Of a DNA stretch of 64,000 nt, positions 19,264-29,164 are shown piece by piece. The stretch is from an uncultured virus (IMG/VR IMGVR_UViG_3300031134_000653). Its lineage: Duplodnaviria; Heunggongvirae; Uroviricota; Caudoviricetes. Both the position numbers and the translations under genes were made by a program. The notes below the pieces were generated by a model. The model saw only the letters and a list, made by a program, of their open reading frames with translations. It searched no databases and was not told the origin of the DNA. The number at the start of each line of letters is the position of its first letter. The stretch's first letter is position 1. The stretch lies in IMG/VR virus record IMGVR_UViG_3300031134_000653. One strand, 5' to 3'.

Positions 19264-20162
19264 TACTTCCAACTCCAAGTGCGGGACGGGCGTCCACGAC
19301 TGGTTGAGTATGAAGTAGTCGACACATCATTCTGAGTGATGTAATCGGAGGAACGACTTACAGCGACTGCTGAGGCGGACCTGATAGCTGGTACTGTCCC
19401 ATAGTTCGGAGTCTCTTCAACTGCAGTGTCAACCCAACCAGTGCTTTTCAGCTGACGTGTCAGGTTTGAAGGGTCGTACGAATGGTCGGTGTCAGAATCA
19501 ATGTTGCTCATCTGAGTGAGAATCCCTCGAACAACTTTAGTGGTGAACACATCACCCAGGACAGACTTTGTGAATGTCTTAGATGACAGGAACTTCTCAC
19601 CGAACATGGTCACAGCTGCACGAACAATTGTGTTGTGGTCGAAAGGCAGCTCCACTTCATCTGACGCAATGAGGTGAATAGGAATACGACGAACTTTCTG
19701 TCCGTCTACTTCCACGTTGGGGTCGATGATGGCCAGCTTAGCAATTGCTACGGTAGCACCACGGGGGTCACGGTCAGGGTTATCAAAAGTCCCAAGGTCA
19801 AACACTGCACGCACGGTGTGGGCGGCAATGAGGGTCTTGCTGGCAAGAGCTCGAAGAGCGGCCTCTTCAAGCTGCTCGTGCGGGGTGAGGAGTACTCCAG
19901 GAAGAGCTGGCTCGCCCAGGAAAGGCTCGTAAAGCCGTTCAGCAACGAATACTTCAAGCTGGTTCGTTCGCTCGTTCACAGCCAACGGAATGACATCAAC
20001 ACTGATGTTTGGAAGGTCATACTTGGGGGCGATGAGGTCAACAGCAGCAGATGCGTAGTCCTCAGGGTTGGCGGTACGCCAGTCCACGCCGTCCAGGTTC
20101 TCTGACCAGTGGGTAGTGAGCTTTTCTGTGAGCTGACGCTTGCGAGCGTTAATTTCAGTCAT
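19263..20162 (-). CDS. NUDIX hydrolase with NrtR-like C-terminal wHTH
   Basis: SVDVI, R..EPF.G..ALPG, E.LE.AA.R, RDPRG, LPFDH..I, FT, SN..R, RGRP motifs; the NUDIX box lacks the REL.EE acidic residues. Confidence 0.8.
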   Translation of the reverse strand: MTEINARKRQLTEKLTTHWSENLDGVDWRTANPEDYASAAVDLIAPKYDLPNISVDVIPLAVNERTNQLEVFVAERLYEPFLGEPALPGVLLTPHEQLEEAALRALASKTLIAAHTVRAVFDLGTFDNPDRDPRGATVAIAKLAIIDPNVEVDGQKVRRIPIHLIASDEVELPFDHNTIVRAAVTMFGEKFLSSKTFTKSVLGDVFTTKVVRGILTQMSNIDSDTDHSYDPSNLTRQLKSTGWVDTAVEETPNYGTVPAIRSASAVAVSRSSDYITQNDVSTTSYSTSRGRPSRTWSWK

Positions 20163-20234
20163 AATGGAATCCTAACATGCTTTATCATGCAATCATACCA
20201 CAATTATCGTCACTTTGAAGTAAATACAGTGATG

Positions 20235-20717
20235 TTAGTTCTTTTTCTTAGAAGAGCGTGTCTTTTTGCCGTTTTTACGAACATCTGCTGAACGGATAGC
20301 TGCTTTACGTTTTCTCAAACGACTATTGTCAGGTCGAGGAGAAGATTGAGTCTTAGGTGTGGATGACATAATATCAACCACTGAAGCAAGCCTTCTTGGT
20401 GGACCAGCTGCTAACCGAATGAAGCCTTTGTTAGCTAACCCAACAACGATTTTTTCTGCGTTGGTTGAGAGGAGCATACTGGGAATAGCATTTTCCTCTA
20501 CCCAGTCCTCCTGAGCTACAAAAGTGTCCAACTCATCCAACTCCTTTTGTTGAGCAGGAGATAAAGAGAACCAGAAAGAGTTGCTGGCTGAATCCAAGTT
20601 TGATGCTGCCACGTTTTCCTGTTTGCGATTTCTGAAACTACTATAACCAGTAAGGAACCAGCCTACAACTACTATCAGAATGCAGATAAAGGCGAATAAT
20701 AATACAGGTGTTTCCAT
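20235..20717 (-). CDS. membrane-anchored protein with basic C-terminus
   Basis: N-terminal TM segment. Confidence 0.6.
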   Translation of the reverse strand: METPVLLFAFICILIVVVGWFLTGYSSFRNRKQENVAASNLDSASNSFWFSLSPAQQKELDELDTFVAQEDWVEENAIPSMLLSTNAEKIVVGLANKGFIRLAAGPPRRLASVVDIMSSTPKTQSSPRPDNSRLRKRKAAIRSADVRKNGKKTRSSKKKN

Positions 20718-20722
20718 GTTTT

Positions 20723-21316
20723 TCAGTCCCAGCTAAAAGGTAGGTTTACGGATTCAAGTACACGCACAATCTGCCCATGTTCACCATGTTCGCAGAAAGC
20801 CAGTTTTCTGAACGGAACCCTCATTTGCTCCAGTTCAGGAACAGCAGGAAGTTCATCTACTTTATCCGCTACTCCTACTGTGAAATGTGGAGAGTATGAT
20901 TCCAGGTTGTAACGATACCCTGTCTTTTCATAACTGACTCGTTCAGCTTCATTGCGGAACTCAGTCTTTTTCGGTGCAGCATCAACATCAATCCAGTCAG
21001 AAACAGAGTGGACAATAAGCTCATTCAGCTGCTTCAACCAGCTTGGGTTGGTGACCTCAAAGAAAAGCCAATGATCGTTCACATATTTCAGAGAACTAAG
21101 ATTTGCTTTAGGTTCACGGTTCAGCAAGTCAGAGTTTTTGAACTCTTCCAAGAAAGGAGTCGCAGTGAAGCCTGAGCGAATAGGAGCCTGAAGGACTGTG
21201 ACATGAGGAACAGCTGTGTGATCGTTCAAAGCCAAAGGCTCTCTGAAGTATTTCTGATTCAGATGAATGAGCTTAGCTTCAGTCTTCTTGTCAGGGAGTA
21301 AAGTAAAACCGTGCAT
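20723..21316 (-). CDS. 2H phosphoesterase superfamily protein
   Basis: Two HxT motifs (PHVTVL, PHFTVG); leaderless TATAAT-6-ATG. Confidence 0.75.
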   Translation of the reverse strand: MHGFTLLPDKKTEAKLIHLNQKYFREPLALNDHTAVPHVTVLQAPIRSGFTATPFLEEFKNSDLLNREPKANLSSLKYVNDHWLFFEVTNPSWLKQLNELIVHSVSDWIDVDAAPKKTEFRNEAERVSYEKTGYRYNLESYSPHFTVGVADKVDELPAVPELEQMRVPFRKLAFCEHGEHGQIVRVLESVNLPFSWD

Positions 21317-21434
21317 ACATTCATTATAGGTGCAGTAACCATTCAACGTGAAGAAAACGTTGTTTTGGCTTTGAGAACATGCTATAGTTGGCAACAGCAG
21401 TGCAACTCTGCAATTTAACCGAGAAGGAAATACT

Positions 21435-22016
21435 ATGACACAGAATTACCATACCCTGTCCACCCTCACCGCTCTCGCCATTGAAAATGATGTAGACTTC
21501 GAAGTCTGGCATGGTGTCACTACTGCTGCAGACCAGCGAACCCGAGCTCACATGATTATCAGTCCTGCCTACGCTCCTGCTGTTCAGGTGACTTTCGGGG
21601 ATAAAAAGCATGACCAGCGTGTCTCCCGCCTGGTCCTTGCAAGCGGTGACCTTCAGGTGAAACTTGCAGACCTCATTCGCACTATGGGTGAGAACACGGT
21701 TCGAAACCGCTGGAAGCATGACCTTCCGACAGAGGACTTTTCATACCAGAAGAAGTTTGAAGGCAAGGATGACACAATTGCGATTGACGGTCAGGTTGTT
21801 GAGTATCTTGGCAAAGAGGGAATTGTTCACTCTTACAAGGTGCTGATGAGGAACTTCATCCAGACAGCTTCAGGAACCATTGAGGAAGCAAGTCCGAGCG
21901 AGTTCCTGTACCAGGACACCATTATTGTACTGCCTTTGAAGAAGCTCAGAGGTCAGGGTAAGTACCAGTACCCGAACGTCATCACTGAGTTCCAGGGTAC
22001 AATTACTGACGACTAA
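21435..22016 (+). CDS. hypothetical protein
   Basis: AAGGA SD; 193 aa. Confidence 0.75.
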   Translation: MTQNYHTLSTLTALAIENDVDFEVWHGVTTAADQRTRAHMIISPAYAPAVQVTFGDKKHDQRVSRLVLASGDLQVKLADLIRTMGENTVRNRWKHDLPTEDFSYQKKFEGKDDTIAIDGQVVEYLGKEGIVHSYKVLMRNFIQTASGTIEEASPSEFLYQDTIIVLPLKKLRGQGKYQYPNVITEFQGTITDD

Positions 22017-22104
22017 CAACAGGCTTTAAGTCTGACTTTAGGCTTCCAGTATGCAGTTTTTCCTGCTATACTGGAAGCCTAAAGCATTTAAGAGGAGTAG
22101 TTCC

Positions 22105-23208
22105 ATGGGTAGTTTTGACATTGGTTGTGGCGTAAGCAACCTGCACATTGAATCAGGGAATCGTACAGGCGTATATCTTGTATCCACACGCCGGCGGGAT
22201 CGTTACTCTATTAGAGACACAGAAACTAAACTCTGCTACATCAACAACACTGATGTCTATAAACCCATCTTCCCTCCCGTGTTCGGAACTTACGACGACT
22301 ATGGTCAGTTGACTAACATTGAGGACAGCCTGACCACAAAGATGCTGGAGAAGATTTTCAACCGGCCTATCCAGGTCATTACTGACTGCATCGGCAACTC
22401 TTTCCGAGGCGGAGCTTATGACAGCTCTGGTCCTATCCTGAAAAACTATGGACCTCAGGACAACACGTTGCTGTCCAGCTACTCAGCCAGCCCTTCAGAT
22501 ATTCTGAAATCAGTAGGGTTTGTCCAAGAATCTGAGGATGTCTACAGCTTAGGTAAATACCAGCTTACGCTTGTAGACGGTTACAAAGCTCAGGTGAAGA
22601 ACGCTGAAACAGGTGAAGTCCTTGCAGATGAGAGGACCTACAACTCGTCTGACCCTTTGAACGTTTTCAGCGACGCCACAGGCATCTACCCTGGTTTTCA
22701 GCCTGAGGACTATGAAGCTGTTGACCTCTTAAACAACTCCAGTGCAATGTTCTTCCTCCCTTCAATGGTTGAAGGAGTGTACGAAGAAATCCAGAACGAG
22801 TACCTCGCTAAGAGAGACCTGGATTATCTTGTGGAGGATTGGGAAGGTTTCCAGAAGCAGCATGAACCTAAAGAAGAACTTGGTTCTTTCAACTTCTCCC
22901 GTCTGGGTGAGCGTGTCTCTGAAACCCTGACGAGAGAGACACATCTTCCTCACCAGTATTTTGCTACATTCGCCAATGAGCTTAGCTTAGATGAGCTGCT
23001 TGCGATTCAGAAACTGCTCACTGTTACAACAGCTGTAAATCGTATGATTCAGCCTTCCTACTGCGGTGAGCAGAATGGAAACGACGAAGCTTCTTTGGCT
23101 TTGAGCAAGCTGTCTGTAGCGTTCCTTGAAGCCCGCAGAGCAGAATGGGATGAAGAAAACGGTGAATACTATGATGAAGATGACGATGAAGATAGTGACG
23201 AAGACTAA
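22105..23208 (+). CDS. phage-type hypothetical protein with acidic tail
   Basis: GAGGAG SD; MGSF...CGVS.L.I..G, P.FG.YDDYG, GEQ motifs. Confidence 0.75.
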   Translation: MGSFDIGCGVSNLHIESGNRTGVYLVSTRRRDRYSIRDTETKLCYINNTDVYKPIFPPVFGTYDDYGQLTNIEDSLTTKMLEKIFNRPIQVITDCIGNSFRGGAYDSSGPILKNYGPQDNTLLSSYSASPSDILKSVGFVQESEDVYSLGKYQLTLVDGYKAQVKNAETGEVLADERTYNSSDPLNVFSDATGIYPGFQPEDYEAVDLLNNSSAMFFLPSMVEGVYEEIQNEYLAKRDLDYLVEDWEGFQKQHEPKEELGSFNFSRLGERVSETLTRETHLPHQYFATFANELSLDELLAIQKLLTVTTAVNRMIQPSYCGEQNGNDEASLALSKLSVAFLEARRAEWDEENGEYYDEDDDEDSDED

Positions 23209-23209
23209 A

Positions 23210-23635
23210 TCATCGTAGTTGGTTACGGTTGTAGCTTTGGTCTTGCAAAAATAGCAAATCAGCTATGATGCGGTTCACGTTTTCTCGATTTACATCCAGC
23301 TTCTCCAGTAGAAGTTCTTTGCTGTTGGTGATTCTCAACGTGTAAATCTCGCAGCCGAAAAGAACTGCGTTGAACACCTCTGAAATGCACCCACGAGCTT
23401 CAATCCAGTTTCCAAACAGGACCAGCACATCAGCTTCAGTAAGAGCGTTCATCTGCTCCCTGAAGCCGTTGGAAGGCTTTCCGGAGAACCTGGCATCATT
23501 GTAGGTAACTGCTGACGGATTGAAGATGTTTGTGTATCCTGCTGACTTCAGTGTTGCTTCAGTGACGTTAAAAGCATCAGTTGACAGGTCGTTATTCATT
23601 GACCCTGAAAGGTAGATGCGGGAGTCTGTTTTCAT
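23210..23635 (-). CDS. DUF4406 / nucleoside deoxyribosyltransferase-like protein
   Basis: IYLSG.M, FNP, L..AD.LVL..NW..ARG...E; ATGA overlap with upstream gene. Confidence 0.75.
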   Translation of the reverse strand: MKTDSRIYLSGSMNNDLSTDAFNVTEATLKSAGYTNIFNPSAVTYNDARFSGKPSNGFREQMNALTEADVLVLFGNWIEARGCISEVFNAVLFGCEIYTLRITNSKELLLEKLDVNRENVNRIIADLLFLQDQSYNRNQLR

Positions 23636-24471
23636 TTCGAAAGTCTACCTGCTTCAATATCTGCCCAGGTGGGTGTCACTAAATCAGCTCGAACATCATA
23701 ATGTTCAGGTTTCCAGTCATAGTCAATCATGCTGTTTCGTGTATTTTCAGCACGGTCGAACAGCTTTTTCTCCCAAGTCAAACGAACAAATAATCTGGAC
23801 CCGTCTCGTGCGTTACCACCAGCTTCATGCACAGCATAGGCATCAAAGAAGTAGAACATTTTCTCTTCAGCAATGCCGTACACTGGCTTGCCGTCATCAT
23901 CTTTAGCTACCTGAAGGTCAAATCCTTCGAATACGTTGAACTTGCTTGCATCTAAGTTAGCCACGAATGGCTGTGGGTAATATCTTGTCCCACCGTTAGT
24001 GACTGCTACATATGAGCGAGAAGTCTTTGTGCGTTCAGCGACACGCACTCCTTGGAACCCGTCAGTATGACAGCCAGCATGACGCTGCTGTTCACCTGCA
24101 GTCAGGAAAGGTGTGTAGTGCACACTCAGATAGGTGTAATATTCCTGCCAGTTTGGATTGTTGGTATGTTCGATATCAATGATGTCTTGCAAAGCAGGTA
24201 CCAATCCGACCCAGTTGTCAGGTATTGAGTACTCTGTATCTCCAGCCATCCGAACTGGCATGTCTAAACAATCAGCAACTTGAGCATCAAACTTTTTCTC
24301 GTTTTCAATTCCCAAAACCGGCACCGGAGCATGAATTTCAGTTTCGTGGTACAGAACGTCAAATGGACGTTCGTCTTCTTTGATATCGTCAATCACCCAC
24401 ATCACGTGAGGTTCTGCAGTGAGAACAGTACCGGTGGAAAGGGAGCGTGCAGGACGTTGAACAAAACTCAT
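23632..24471 (-). CDS. 2OG-Fe(II) dioxygenase-like protein
   Basis: HxD (GCHTDGF), distal H (VHEA) and R.FVR. Confidence 0.6.
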   Translation of the reverse strand: MSFVQRPARSLSTGTVLTAEPHVMWVIDDIKEDERPFDVLYHETEIHAPVPVLGIENEKKFDAQVADCLDMPVRMAGDTEYSIPDNWVGLVPALQDIIDIEHTNNPNWQEYYTYLSVHYTPFLTAGEQQRHAGCHTDGFQGVRVAERTKTSRSYVAVTNGGTRYYPQPFVANLDASKFNVFEGFDLQVAKDDDGKPVYGIAEEKMFYFFDAYAVHEAGGNARDGSRLFVRLTWEKKLFDRAENTRNSMIDYDWKPEHYDVRADLVTPTWADIEAGRLSK

Positions 24472-24578
24472 AATAGGATTCTTATCGGGTCTTGGTTGCC
24501 TTTTAAACAGATGACGTGAACCATCCTCAGCATATTTGAAGGATAGTCCACGTCAGGGTTGTTACGTTGGGCTTATTG

Positions 24579-24794
24579 TTAGCTTACAGTCTCTCCACCG
24601 TAGATTTCGAACCACTCGCCGCCCTCTTCTTCCTGGTAGTCGCTTTCGAGTTCAGTAATGAAAGTGTTGGTGTCTCCAGTGCTGTCAATGTCAATCTTAT
24701 CAGCAACCTTTTCAGCCTTCTCTCGGCTAAAAGGTCCGTAAACATTGACGCTTCCGCCTTCGTCAACCGCAACAACTACAGTCTTGTCTGCCAT
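24579..24794 (-). CDS. small acidic protein
   Basis: GGAG SD; VYGPF motif. Confidence 0.65.
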   Translation of the reverse strand: MADKTVVVAVDEGGSVNVYGPFSREKAEKVADKIDIDSTGDTNTFITELESDYQEEEGGEWFEIYGGETVS

Positions 24795-24870
24795 GGTGTA
24801 TGTCTCCAAAAATAGTGAGGGTAGAACCGAATAAGTTCTACCCTCACTATACTACAGCGTTACTGAAATA

Positions 24871-26004
24871 TCAAGGTGCGTAAGTGTATGATGTTGCCCA
24901 GTCAACCTGAAGGTTACCTTTCAAGGAAGGGTCTGGAATACGGGCGTTCCATGTTTCTGTTTCAGCCTGCAGAGTCCAACGGAAGTCAGTGCTTGGGGAT
25001 TTTGTGGTGGAGTTCACCAGTTCACCATCCCAGTACCATTTGATTCCAGAAGGAGTCCATTCGGTAGTTGCTACATGCCAGCTTTTGGCGTCAGTTTTGG
25101 AAAAAATTTCTTTAGCTGGTTCGAAGTTCATGCCTGAGTTTGTGAGAGTGCCTGGTACAGCCAAACCTGGACGCATGTGACCGTCAAGGTTTCCTTCTGG
25201 CCAGTCAATTTCTCCTTCATTCCAGTTGTCACTGCTTGGCCACTGCATGAACGCAATTTTGTAACCAACGAGTGTGTCTGAACGGAAACGGATTGAGTAA
25301 CGACCGTAAGTTTGTCCTTTATAGTCATTCAGTACTGGAGTTGCAACTAAAGGTCGACCGTTCTCTGTGTGAAGGTTGTAGTTCAAGGTTCCATTTGACA
25401 CGGTGAGAACTTTGTCAGGAGCGTAAGTTCCGTTACCTGAAGTGTCATTAAAACCATCATAGCCTCGCATGGACTCACCATAGACTTCATCGATTTGACC
25501 TAATCCAGCGTTTTTAGTGAAGTCTTCTTTGAAGTTTTGCTTCCAGTTGGGCAGGTCTCCTACTGGCATAGTTGCACTAACTCCATTTGTAGGAGTTTTA
25601 GGTGGTGTTGCTACAGCTTTCACTGTGAACTGTTTTTTGGTCCCTTCCCACCAAGTATTTTGGTACTGGACACAAGGGAAGTAAGTGTAAGTTCCTGGAG
25701 TGAAAGAACGTGAAGCTTTGAATGTAGTGCCTGTTGTTGTGACAGCTACTTTTTTGTTAGGAGTAAAGTCCAGGTCTTTGTTTTTGCTGTCACGTACACA
25801 GATACTGTAGTTCTGTGCTGTTATTTTTTGTGTTGACTTTACAACACCAGCTACAGAGACATTCAATCCTGAAACAGTTGCGTTGGATGACACTGTGGTG
25901 AATCGTGCTGCTGCGTTAGCTGGGGCTGCTCCTGTAACAAGAAGAGCTGGAAGCATGATGGCAGTAGCGAGAGTGAATAATATTTTTCGTTTTTGCGAGT
26001 TCAT
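24871..26004 (-). CDS. secreted glycoside hydrolase family 16
   Basis: Signal peptide (APANA), YGRY.IR, GEIDWPE catalytic motif, WH...EWTP..I.WY.DG. Confidence 0.85.
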   Translation of the reverse strand: MNSQKRKILFTLATAIMLPALLVTGAAPANAAARFTTVSSNATVSGLNVSVAGVVKSTQKITAQNYSICVRDSKNKDLDFTPNKKVAVTTTGTTFKASRSFTPGTYTYFPCVQYQNTWWEGTKKQFTVKAVATPPKTPTNGVSATMPVGDLPNWKQNFKEDFTKNAGLGQIDEVYGESMRGYDGFNDTSGNGTYAPDKVLTVSNGTLNYNLHTENGRPLVATPVLNDYKGQTYGRYSIRFRSDTLVGYKIAFMQWPSSDNWNEGEIDWPEGNLDGHMRPGLAVPGTLTNSGMNFEPAKEIFSKTDAKSWHVATTEWTPSGIKWYWDGELVNSTTKSPSTDFRWTLQAETETWNARIPDPSLKGNLQVDWATSYTYAP

Positions 26005-26118
26005 GGGTGTCCTTTTTCTATTGAGTCTTTGAACTTATCTGTACATTACCCCATTATGGGTGACAGTCTCAACGTAGGTTTACCTATTTTTTATATGAAT
26101 GTATGGTATGATACAATC

Positions 26119-26682
26119 ATGCCTCACATTCACACAGACCCTGGCCAGCATGATCTAACAGCTTCGGCGTACATCTTCAAAAAGAGCCCAGAAGCATCTG
26201 ATTACCGCCTACTTCTTCACATGCACAAAAAAGTGAAGAAATTGATGCAGCCAGGTGGTCATGTCGAGCTAGATGAAAGCCCTTGGCAGTCAATTCAGCA
26301 CGAACTGTTGGAAGAGACCGGTTATGAGCTCACCCAGTTGAGTTTGATGCAGCCAGCACATTTGACCCACATCATTTTGTCTAACCCTAAAGTGACTGTT
26401 CACCCTTATCCTCTTATCATGAACACTCATGAAGTGAACGACGGTCACAATGTTCATGCACATAACCATACAGATGTTAGCTACATGTTCTTCACAGAGC
26501 AGGAGCCTTTACATCTTCCAGGTGAAGACGAATCTCAGGATTTGCGTTGGATGACCAAAGAAGATATCCAAGCTTTGACTTATGATGAAATCAGTTCAGT
26601 TGCTTGTGAAGTCAGTTTAGCAGCATTTGCAATGCTTGAATCTGGTCTTTGGATACCCACAAAGTTGGATCTTTTCAACTGA
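26119..26682 (+). CDS. NUDIX hydrolase
   Basis: LLH.HKK....MQPGGHVE.DE......HEL.EETG; leaderless start. Confidence 0.88.
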   Translation: MPHIHTDPGQHDLTASAYIFKKSPEASDYRLLLHMHKKVKKLMQPGGHVELDESPWQSIQHELLEETGYELTQLSLMQPAHLTHIILSNPKVTVHPYPLIMNTHEVNDGHNVHAHNHTDVSYMFFTEQEPLHLPGEDESQDLRWMTKEDIQALTYDEISSVACEVSLAAFAMLESGLWIPTKLDLFN

Positions 26683-26749
26683 CAAAATGGTTTCTGACCA
26701 GCAATTATGGTAGAATTGTAGTACGGAAACAAACTCTCAAAGGATAATT

Positions 26750-27082
26750 ATGGCTGAAGATATTGTATTAGATGAACTGACCAAACTCTTAACTGATGAC
26801 TATTACGAGCTTTCCATGGAAGGCGATAAGATTGAGGCAGAAAAAAGTTCTGGTTTCTTTGAGACTGTTGCAGTAATCGAAGGTGATGACCGCCGCTGGG
26901 TACGAACAAATACAGTCATTACGTTACTTCCTGATGGTCGTTATGTTTCCTGGACGTACGACCATGGTCTGACTGAATCTCAGGACAATACTGGTCCTGC
27001 TGAGTACGGTAAGCCTCAGTATACTTTTGTCACTCCACGTGAAGTAGTCGTAACGACTACAGTCTGGGATAAAGTTTCTTGA
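26750..27082 (+). CDS. hypothetical protein
   Basis: AAGGA SD; RW, GLTE.Q motifs. Confidence 0.75.
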   Translation: MAEDIVLDELTKLLTDDYYELSMEGDKIEAEKSSGFFETVAVIEGDDRRWVRTNTVITLLPDGRYVSWTYDHGLTESQDNTGPAEYGKPQYTFVTPREVVVTTTVWDKVS

Positions 27083-27084
27083 AA

Positions 27085-27128
27085 ATAGAAGAAGCCCCGC
27101 ACCTGACACGGTGCGGGGCTTCTTCTAT
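27085..27128. terminator. bidirectional terminator
   Basis: ATAGAAGAAGCCCCGCACC / GGTGCGGGGCTTCTTCTAT. Confidence 0.8.
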
Positions 27129-27134
27129 GCGGAA

Positions 27135-27587
27135 TTACCTATGGTTGATGATTAGTTCATCACCGTTCATGAGTAGAACATGGTCTGGGAGGTTTACCAG
27201 CTGACCTTCATACAGGCTGATAGCAACTGCAACACTCACTTCGATGCCTTCAAGTTTCAGAGCTGGAATGGTGTACTGCGTGGCGAAGGCTTGCTTGCGA
27301 AACAGTGTGTCCTTCTCGATGCTGGCAGTGTAAAGCTCTGTCACCCACTTGCGAACACCCACGTTTGCTGCACCAGAAAGCAGAAGCAGCCAGACGATGA
27401 AAGCCGCAACGCTGTTCATCACAACCAGACCAAGAACGATACTGGCAACTGCAACCACAGCCCCGACCAGGCTGGCACGCTGAACGAGGTTGATGCTGGC
27501 GATACGAGAAGCTCGACCAGTAAAGTCGAACGGCGAGCTTTCGACATTGATTATAGTCGTCTCTTTGTTCTGCGAAATGATGTTCAT
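27135..27587 (-). CDS. membrane protein
   Basis: Two TM segments; GAGGAG SD. Confidence 0.7.
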   Translation of the reverse strand: MNIISQNKETTIINVESSPFDFTGRASRIASINLVQRASLVGAVVAVASIVLGLVVMNSVAAFIVWLLLLSGAANVGVRKWVTELYTASIEKDTLFRKQAFATQYTIPALKLEGIEVSVAVAISLYEGQLVNLPDHVLLMNGDELIINHR

Positions 27588-27715
27588 TTTTCTCCTCTAA
27601 ACCATCTATCAACCATAAGTGTTACGAACAGAATGATCGTAACAGAAGCTTCTCCAGAATGCAACTGGCACAGCTTCTGGTTGACAAAAAGGAGGGTTCG
27701 GAGTAGAGTTCAGAC

Positions 27716-27997
27716 ATGAACGATTTCATCTACATCATCCAGCGGTATTTTGACCCGCTTATGTCGAACAGTAACATCATTCTCGTCGGACTGGTTTTCG
27801 AAGAGGAGGAAGCTATCAGCATCGCTGAGGGCATTGACAACTACTACAGCCCGAGCGTCCACCGTGTTCCTCTGAACGTCTTCGATGGACCTGATGGTAC
27901 GAACCTGTCGAATCGTGAGAGCGAAATCTACGGCTACCGCAAGGCTGCTGACGGCGGCTGGCGTTGTGGTCGAATTCTCAACGGAGTAGCTGTCTGA
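27716..27997 (+). CDS. hypothetical protein
   Basis: TTGACA...TAGAGT-6-ATG leaderless promoter. Confidence 0.75.
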   Translation: MNDFIYIIQRYFDPLMSNSNIILVGLVFEEEEAISIAEGIDNYYSPSVHRVPLNVFDGPDGTNLSNRESEIYGYRKAADGGWRCGRILNGVAV

Positions 27998-28464
27998 TGC
28001 GTAAAGTTGACGTTCAGACCCCTGAGATAACTGAACTACTTGCTGTTGCTCCTCTGATGGACAAGGTAGGTGAGGTTATCGCACGACAGGTTGAGGTACT
28101 CACCCCTGTCTCCACAGTTATCAATGGTGAGTTCGTTGAGACAGAAAACTTTGCCCAGCCAGGTGACTTCATCGTCACTAATCCTGGCGGAGAAGAGTAT
28201 GTACTCACAGAAACTAATTTTTGGACACGCTACAACGCCAGTGACCGACACGGAATCTATGTCTCTAAGGGTTCGATTCGGGTGATTTCGAATCCTTATA
28301 ACGATGACATTGAGATTGACGCTCCTTGGGGTGCCCCGCAGTTCGGTGAGAAGAACTGTTACATTGCTGTGTCCATCACTTCAGACATCAATGATATCAG
28401 CACTGACCGTTACATCATCGCTGCTGATGCTCTGGCTGAAACTTACGCTTTTCGTTCCAACTAA
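27997..28464 (+). CDS. PGDYG-like domain protein
   Basis: A.PGDFIV.NP.GEEY....F...Y and APWG; TGATG coupling. Confidence 0.7.
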   Translation: MRKVDVQTPEITELLAVAPLMDKVGEVIARQVEVLTPVSTVINGEFVETENFAQPGDFIVTNPGGEEYVLTETNFWTRYNASDRHGIYVSKGSIRVISNPYNDDIEIDAPWGAPQFGEKNCYIAVSITSDINDISTDRYIIAADALAETYAFRSN

Positions 28465-28570
28465 GTAACCGAGAAGGACCTTCCTAAGTAGGTGAAGGCC
28501 CTTCTCTCTTTTAAGGCTCATTTCTGGCAAGATCAGGTATTATTGTAGTACAAGAAAAGGAACGACATAC

Positions 28571-29101
28571 ATGACTATCGTAGCTATCACAGGACACCGC
28601 CCAGAGAAAATTTTGAACCAAGACTGGGTTCATAAAACGTTAGCTGGCGTACTTCAGGAACTTGAACCTGAGAAGCTTATCCAAGGAATGGCTGCCGGCG
28701 TTGACTTGCTCTCCGCTGTAGTTGCCCATGAATGCGGTATTCCTTTCCTTTCAGCTCGTCCCTGGGCAGGTCACTCTCCTCGCGTGCAGGACAGCAACTT
28801 ATACGCCTGGGCAATTGATAACTCTGTTGAAGTTGTGAACGTTGACCCAGCCCAGCATTACGCTGGACCTTGGGTTTACCAGAAACGTAACGAATACATG
28901 GTGGACCATGCAACCATTGTTGTTGCTGTGTGGGATGGAACGTCAGGTGGTACAAAGAACTGTGTCATGTATGCCAAACGCAGGAAAGTTCCTTTGGTCG
29001 TCATCAACCCTGAAACTATGACTGTTACTTACCCTGCTGGGTATGGACCTAACGCCAAGCCTGTGGAGCCTGTTGAGGACGAAGCGAACTTCTTGTTCTA
29101 A
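28571..29101 (+). CDS. SLOG (YspA/DUF1273-like) family protein
   Basis: AITGHRP, GMA.GVD, RN.YMVD, AVWDG.SGGT.NCV.YA. Confidence 0.88.
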   Translation: MTIVAITGHRPEKILNQDWVHKTLAGVLQELEPEKLIQGMAAGVDLLSAVVAHECGIPFLSARPWAGHSPRVQDSNLYAWAIDNSVEVVNVDPAQHYAGPWVYQKRNEYMVDHATIVVAVWDGTSGGTKNCVMYAKRRKVPLVVINPETMTVTYPAGYGPNAKPVEPVEDEANFLF

Positions 29102-29164
29102 ACAGGTATAAAGTGTGATAGAATGAGGCATGTAAGCAAGCCAGCTTTTATGTTAGGAAAAATC

